The translations under genes were made by a program, and so were the position numbers. This document shows positions 60,976 to 64,000 of a stretch of DNA of 64,000 bases, in pieces. Below the pieces are notes generated by a model. That model did no database searches. It was not told where the DNA came from and worked only from the letters and a program-made list of their open reading frames with translations. Source of the stretch: an uncultured Gemmatimonadales bacterium. GTDB taxonomy: Bacteria; Gemmatimonadota; Gemmatimonadetes; Gemmatimonadales; Gemmatimonadaceae. Each line of letters starts with the position of its first letter. Position 1 is the stretch's first letter. The DNA lies in the NCBI GenBank assembly GCA_963793305.1, contig CAWBZV010000012.1:192001-256000 (forward strand), in the 5' to 3' direction.

Positions 60976-61660
60976 ATGCGATACCTGCTGCTTCTCCTCC
61001 TCGCCACGCGGGCCTCGGCCCAGCATCTGGACACGCTGTACGTCGGCCACGCCCCGCTGTCGACCGCCTACATGCGGAACGACTCCAGCGAGTCGCTGGT
61101 GATGGTCCCGGACTCGAACGGCTCACGCGTTATTGGCAAGACCACGAGCCGTCAGCGGGTCGTCGACGGCAAGCTCTTTCGCGTCGCCCATTTCTCGAGC
61201 GCCCACGCCAACGTGACCGACAGCATCATGACGGGTGGCGCCGGTGTGCTGCCCATGTGGGAGATCTCGCACCAAACGTCGAAGGTCATGCACCTGCGCT
61301 GGGACGGTCATCGCGTGACCGGTGATGTGACGCCGACCGGAAAGCCGAAAGAGACCGTGGATCAACGCATGGCCGTCGCGGCGTTCAACTCGTCCGAACG
61401 TCGACCAGTTGATCCAGTCGCTTCCGCTCGCGCCCGGCTACACGGCACTGGTGGCGACGTACGAGTACGAGACCCCTGGCGGATTGCGCCTCGACACACT
61501 CGCCGTCACCGGACATGACCAGAACACCTGGGTCGTGCGCGTCTCTCGGGGGCAAACGTCGTCGATGACCGTGTGGCTCGATGATGCGACGAAGCGCGTG
61601 ACCAAGGAGGAGTTCGCCGAGAGCCCAACCGCGTGGCGGATGCGGATTGTCCGACAGTAG
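60976..61660 (+). CDS. Secreted hypothetical protein (frameshift near 61398)
   Basis: Signal peptide MRYLLLLLLATRASA; joins ORF 61409 (LIQSLPLAPGY) after removing one A. Confidence 0.65.
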
Positions 61661-61669
61661 CCGCTACCG

Positions 61670-63409
61670 CTAGTATCCCTCGGCCGCGCCGTGGAGGCGC
61701 GGATCGAACATCCCCGAGACACCGGTCGTCGTGCGCAGGATCGACGCGCCAATGCCGAGCGATCCGCGCCACGCCGAATCGACCGTGTAATGCATGGCGC
61801 GGAGCGCGGCGACCGTCGAGTCGGTGAGTCCGGAGCGCTCGTAGAGGAGCGTGTCGGGTAAATGCTGGTGGTGCACGCGCGGCGCGCTGACGGCCGCGGT
61901 GATTCCCATATCGTAGTCGATGACGTTGGAGATCACCTGGAACACCAACGTGATGATCCGGCCGCTGCCGCTGGCGCCGGTCACGATCATCGGCTTTCCG
62001 TCGTGGCCGAGCACGATGGTCGGCGTCATCGATGAGAGCATGCGCTTGCCCGGCGCGATGGCGTTCGCTTCGCCTTGCACGAGACCCGCGCCATTGGGAA
62101 CACCGGGCTGCGCGGTGAAGTCATCCATCTCGTCGTTGAGCACGAATCCCGCGCCACCGACGGTCGACGCCGATCCGAAGCCATAGTTGATCGTCGTCGT
62201 GAGCGCGACCGCATTGCCCTGGCCGTCGACGACCGAGAAGTGCGTCGTGTGCTTCCCTTCCACGCCCGCCCCGGTCGGGAACGAGACGGCCGCCGATGGC
62301 GTCGCGCTATCCGGGCGGATGTTCGCGTCGAGGCTGTCGGCGAAGGACTGGGACATGAGCCGGTCCGTCGGGATCGCGATGGCGTCCGGATCGCCCAGGA
62401 AGTGATTGCGAACGGCGAAGGCGCGCCGCATGGATTCGGCGAGCAGGTGGATCTCCTGCGGCGAGTGCCAGCCGAGTGCGCGTAGATCGCGGCCCGAGAG
62501 CATGTGCGCCATGAGCGCGAGCGTGATGCCACCCGACGATGGTGGCGGCATCGAGATGACCTGGTAGCCGCGATAATCGAACGTGATCGGCGTGCGCCAC
62601 TTCGCCTGGTACGCCGCGAGATCGGCGAGCGTCATGATGCCATGCCCGCGCTTCATCTCGGCCACAATCGCCGCCGCCGTCGGCCCCGCATAGAACCCCG
62701 CCGGCCCGTCCTTGGCGATGCGCCGCAGCACCGTCGCGAGCTCGGGATTCCGCCAGCGCGTTCCCGGCACGAGCGGATGGCCGTTCGGCAGAAACAGCGC
62801 GGCGCTCGCCGGGAATCTCGACAGCCTGGCGCTGTCGCCGATCGTGGTGCGGGCAAAGTCGGAATCGACCGTGAACCCGCTGTCCGCAAGCTGAATGGCC
62901 GGCGCCAGCACCTCGGCCCATGGGCGCGACCCGAAGCGATGGTGCGCTTCCCAGAGACCGGCCACCGAGCCGGGGACACCGGCCGCGAGATCACCAGTCG
63001 CCGCGCGATCGTCCGGTTTGCCGTTCGGCCCGATGTACATGTCGCGCGTGGCCGCCGCGGGCGCCATCTCGCGGAAGTCGAGCGCGACAGGCGGGCTGCC
63101 GGCCATCTGCGCGACAATGAACCCGCCGCCCCCAATATTGCCGGCCGCCGGCCACACGACCGACAGCGCAAACGCCGTCGCGACTGCCGCATCGATCGCA
63201 TTGCCACCGTGTCGCAGCATCTCGGCGCCGACATGCGTCGCGAGCGGCGCATCGGTCGCCACCATACCGTGCGCCGCGGTCACCGCCGGCGCGTCGAGAT
63301 GGTACGGCCAACTCGGTGGAACGGGAAACGCCTCACGGTGTTCCGCGGCGGATCCCGGTTGGCAGGCCGTGACAACGGCGAGCATGCAGATCGAACGGGC
63401 AATTTTCAT
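61670..63409 (-). CDS. ggt: Gamma-glutamyltransferase
   Basis: GGNAIDAAVA, GNIGGGGF, LDFRE, PPPSSGG, HTTHFSVVD (catalytic Thr), LNDEMDDF, LSSMTPT. Confidence 0.95.
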   Translation of the reverse strand: MKIARSICMLAVVTACQPGSAAEHREAFPVPPSWPYHLDAPAVTAAHGMVATDAPLATHVGAEMLRHGGNAIDAAVATAFALSVVWPAAGNIGGGGFIVAQMAGSPPVALDFREMAPAAATRDMYIGPNGKPDDRAATGDLAAGVPGSVAGLWEAHHRFGSRPWAEVLAPAIQLADSGFTVDSDFARTTIGDSARLSRFPASAALFLPNGHPLVPGTRWRNPELATVLRRIAKDGPAGFYAGPTAAAIVAEMKRGHGIMTLADLAAYQAKWRTPITFDYRGYQVISMPPPSSGGITLALMAHMLSGRDLRALGWHSPQEIHLLAESMRRAFAVRNHFLGDPDAIAIPTDRLMSQSFADSLDANIRPDSATPSAAVSFPTGAGVEGKHTTHFSVVDGQGNAVALTTTINYGFGSASTVGGAGFVLNDEMDDFTAQPGVPNGAGLVQGEANAIAPGKRMLSSMTPTIVLGHDGKPMIVTGASGSGRIITLVFQVISNVIDYDMGITAAVSAPRVHHQHLPDTLLYERSGLTDSTVAALRAMHYTVDSAWRGSLGIGASILRTTTGVSGMFDPRLHGAAEGY

Positions 63410-63445
63410 GTCGCGTACAATAGCATCCGTGACGTATAGTACACT

Positions 63446-64000
63446 ATGGCGATCGTCCGGCGGGCGGAGACCCGGGGGTTCCGCGTAGGTCTGGCCTACA
63501 GCAAGCTGCGCGAGATGATCGTGTGGGGGACGCTCGCGCCGGGGATGCGTCTGGTCGAGAGCGAGCTCATGACCCAGCTCGCGCTCGGCCGGACGCCGAT
63601 CCGCACCGCGCTGCATCGCTTGCAGTCGGAGGGCTTCATCGCCGGCACGGGCCGCGGCAAGGAGAGTCTGCGGGTCGCGCCGCTCTCGCAAGCGGATGCC
63701 GCGGACGTATTCGAGATCGTCGGCGCGCTCGAATCGATCGCCATTCGCCACGCGGCGACGCTGGACCGGACCTCGCGCGTGGCGCTCGCCGCGGCGCTGC
63801 GCGAAGAGAACGCCGCGCTGGCGCGCGCGGCACGAGGTCCGAAGCCCGACCAGCGCGAGATCTATGACCACGACACGGCGCTCCATCGCCTGTTCATCGA
63901 CGCCGGCGCCGGCCCACGCGTGGCCCGCGAGCTGGTGACAATGAAGCTGCAGGCCGAGCGGTACATGCGGCTCTATATCCGGGTCTTCGGCGACATGCGC
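63446..64000 (+). CDS. GntR-family (FCD-type) regulator, runs off the window end
   Basis: Manual translation AYSKLREMIVWGTLAPGMRLVESELMTQLALGRTPIRTALHRLQSEG; open to 64000; not in ORF track. Confidence 0.88.
   Translation, partial: MAIVRRAETRGFRVGLAYSKLREMIVWGTLAPGMRLVESELMTQLALGRTPIRTALHRLQSEGFIAGTGRGKESLRVAPLSQADAADVFEIVGALESIAIRHAATLDRTSRVALAAALREENAALARAARGPKPDQREIYDHDTALHRLFIDAGAGPRVARELVTMKLQAERYMRLYIRVFGDMR

Noticed and set aside
1447..61398. Programmed frameshifting or phase variation in split genes
   Set aside because: No slippery heptamers or long homopolymers at the breaks, and unrelated gene families are affected
1006..63938. Numerous long overlapping or antisense ORFs rich in Arg/Ala/Gly (e.g. 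25731..27545, 39677..41305, 53586..55217)
   Set aside because: Shadow ORFs expected in high-GC coding DNA; no family motifs

Overview
GC-rich, very gene-dense bacterial chromosomal window with about 51 genes and no rRNA, tRNA, CRISPR array, integrase or transposase that I could see. The gene repertoire (ADOP permeases with a PadR regulator, TonB C-terminal protein, PD40/amidohydrolase, DUF885, VPS10/BNR protein, Ser/Thr kinase) suggests Gemmatimonadota or a similar lineage (inference). Ten genes carry single-base frameshifts that look like uncorrected long-read errors and produce misleading ORF fusions. Highlights: (1) a class I c-di-GMP (GEMM) riboswitch upstream of a GH30-like lipoprotein, divergent from a membrane GGDEF-EAL protein; (2) an expanded divergent locus of two DUF305 (CopM-like) and three LVIVD-repeat lipoprotein genes with conserved His motifs and a variable insert, a candidate uncharacterised envelope metalloenzyme/chaperone system; (3) readable cis-regulation: PadR and ArsR palindromes, two LytTR-type 21-bp-period boxes, four CTGAA repeats next to a CadC/ToxR-like regulator, and TAnnnT boxes 5-8 nt upstream of about 15 start codons (leaderless transcription). 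All family calls are from motif recognition, not database searches.
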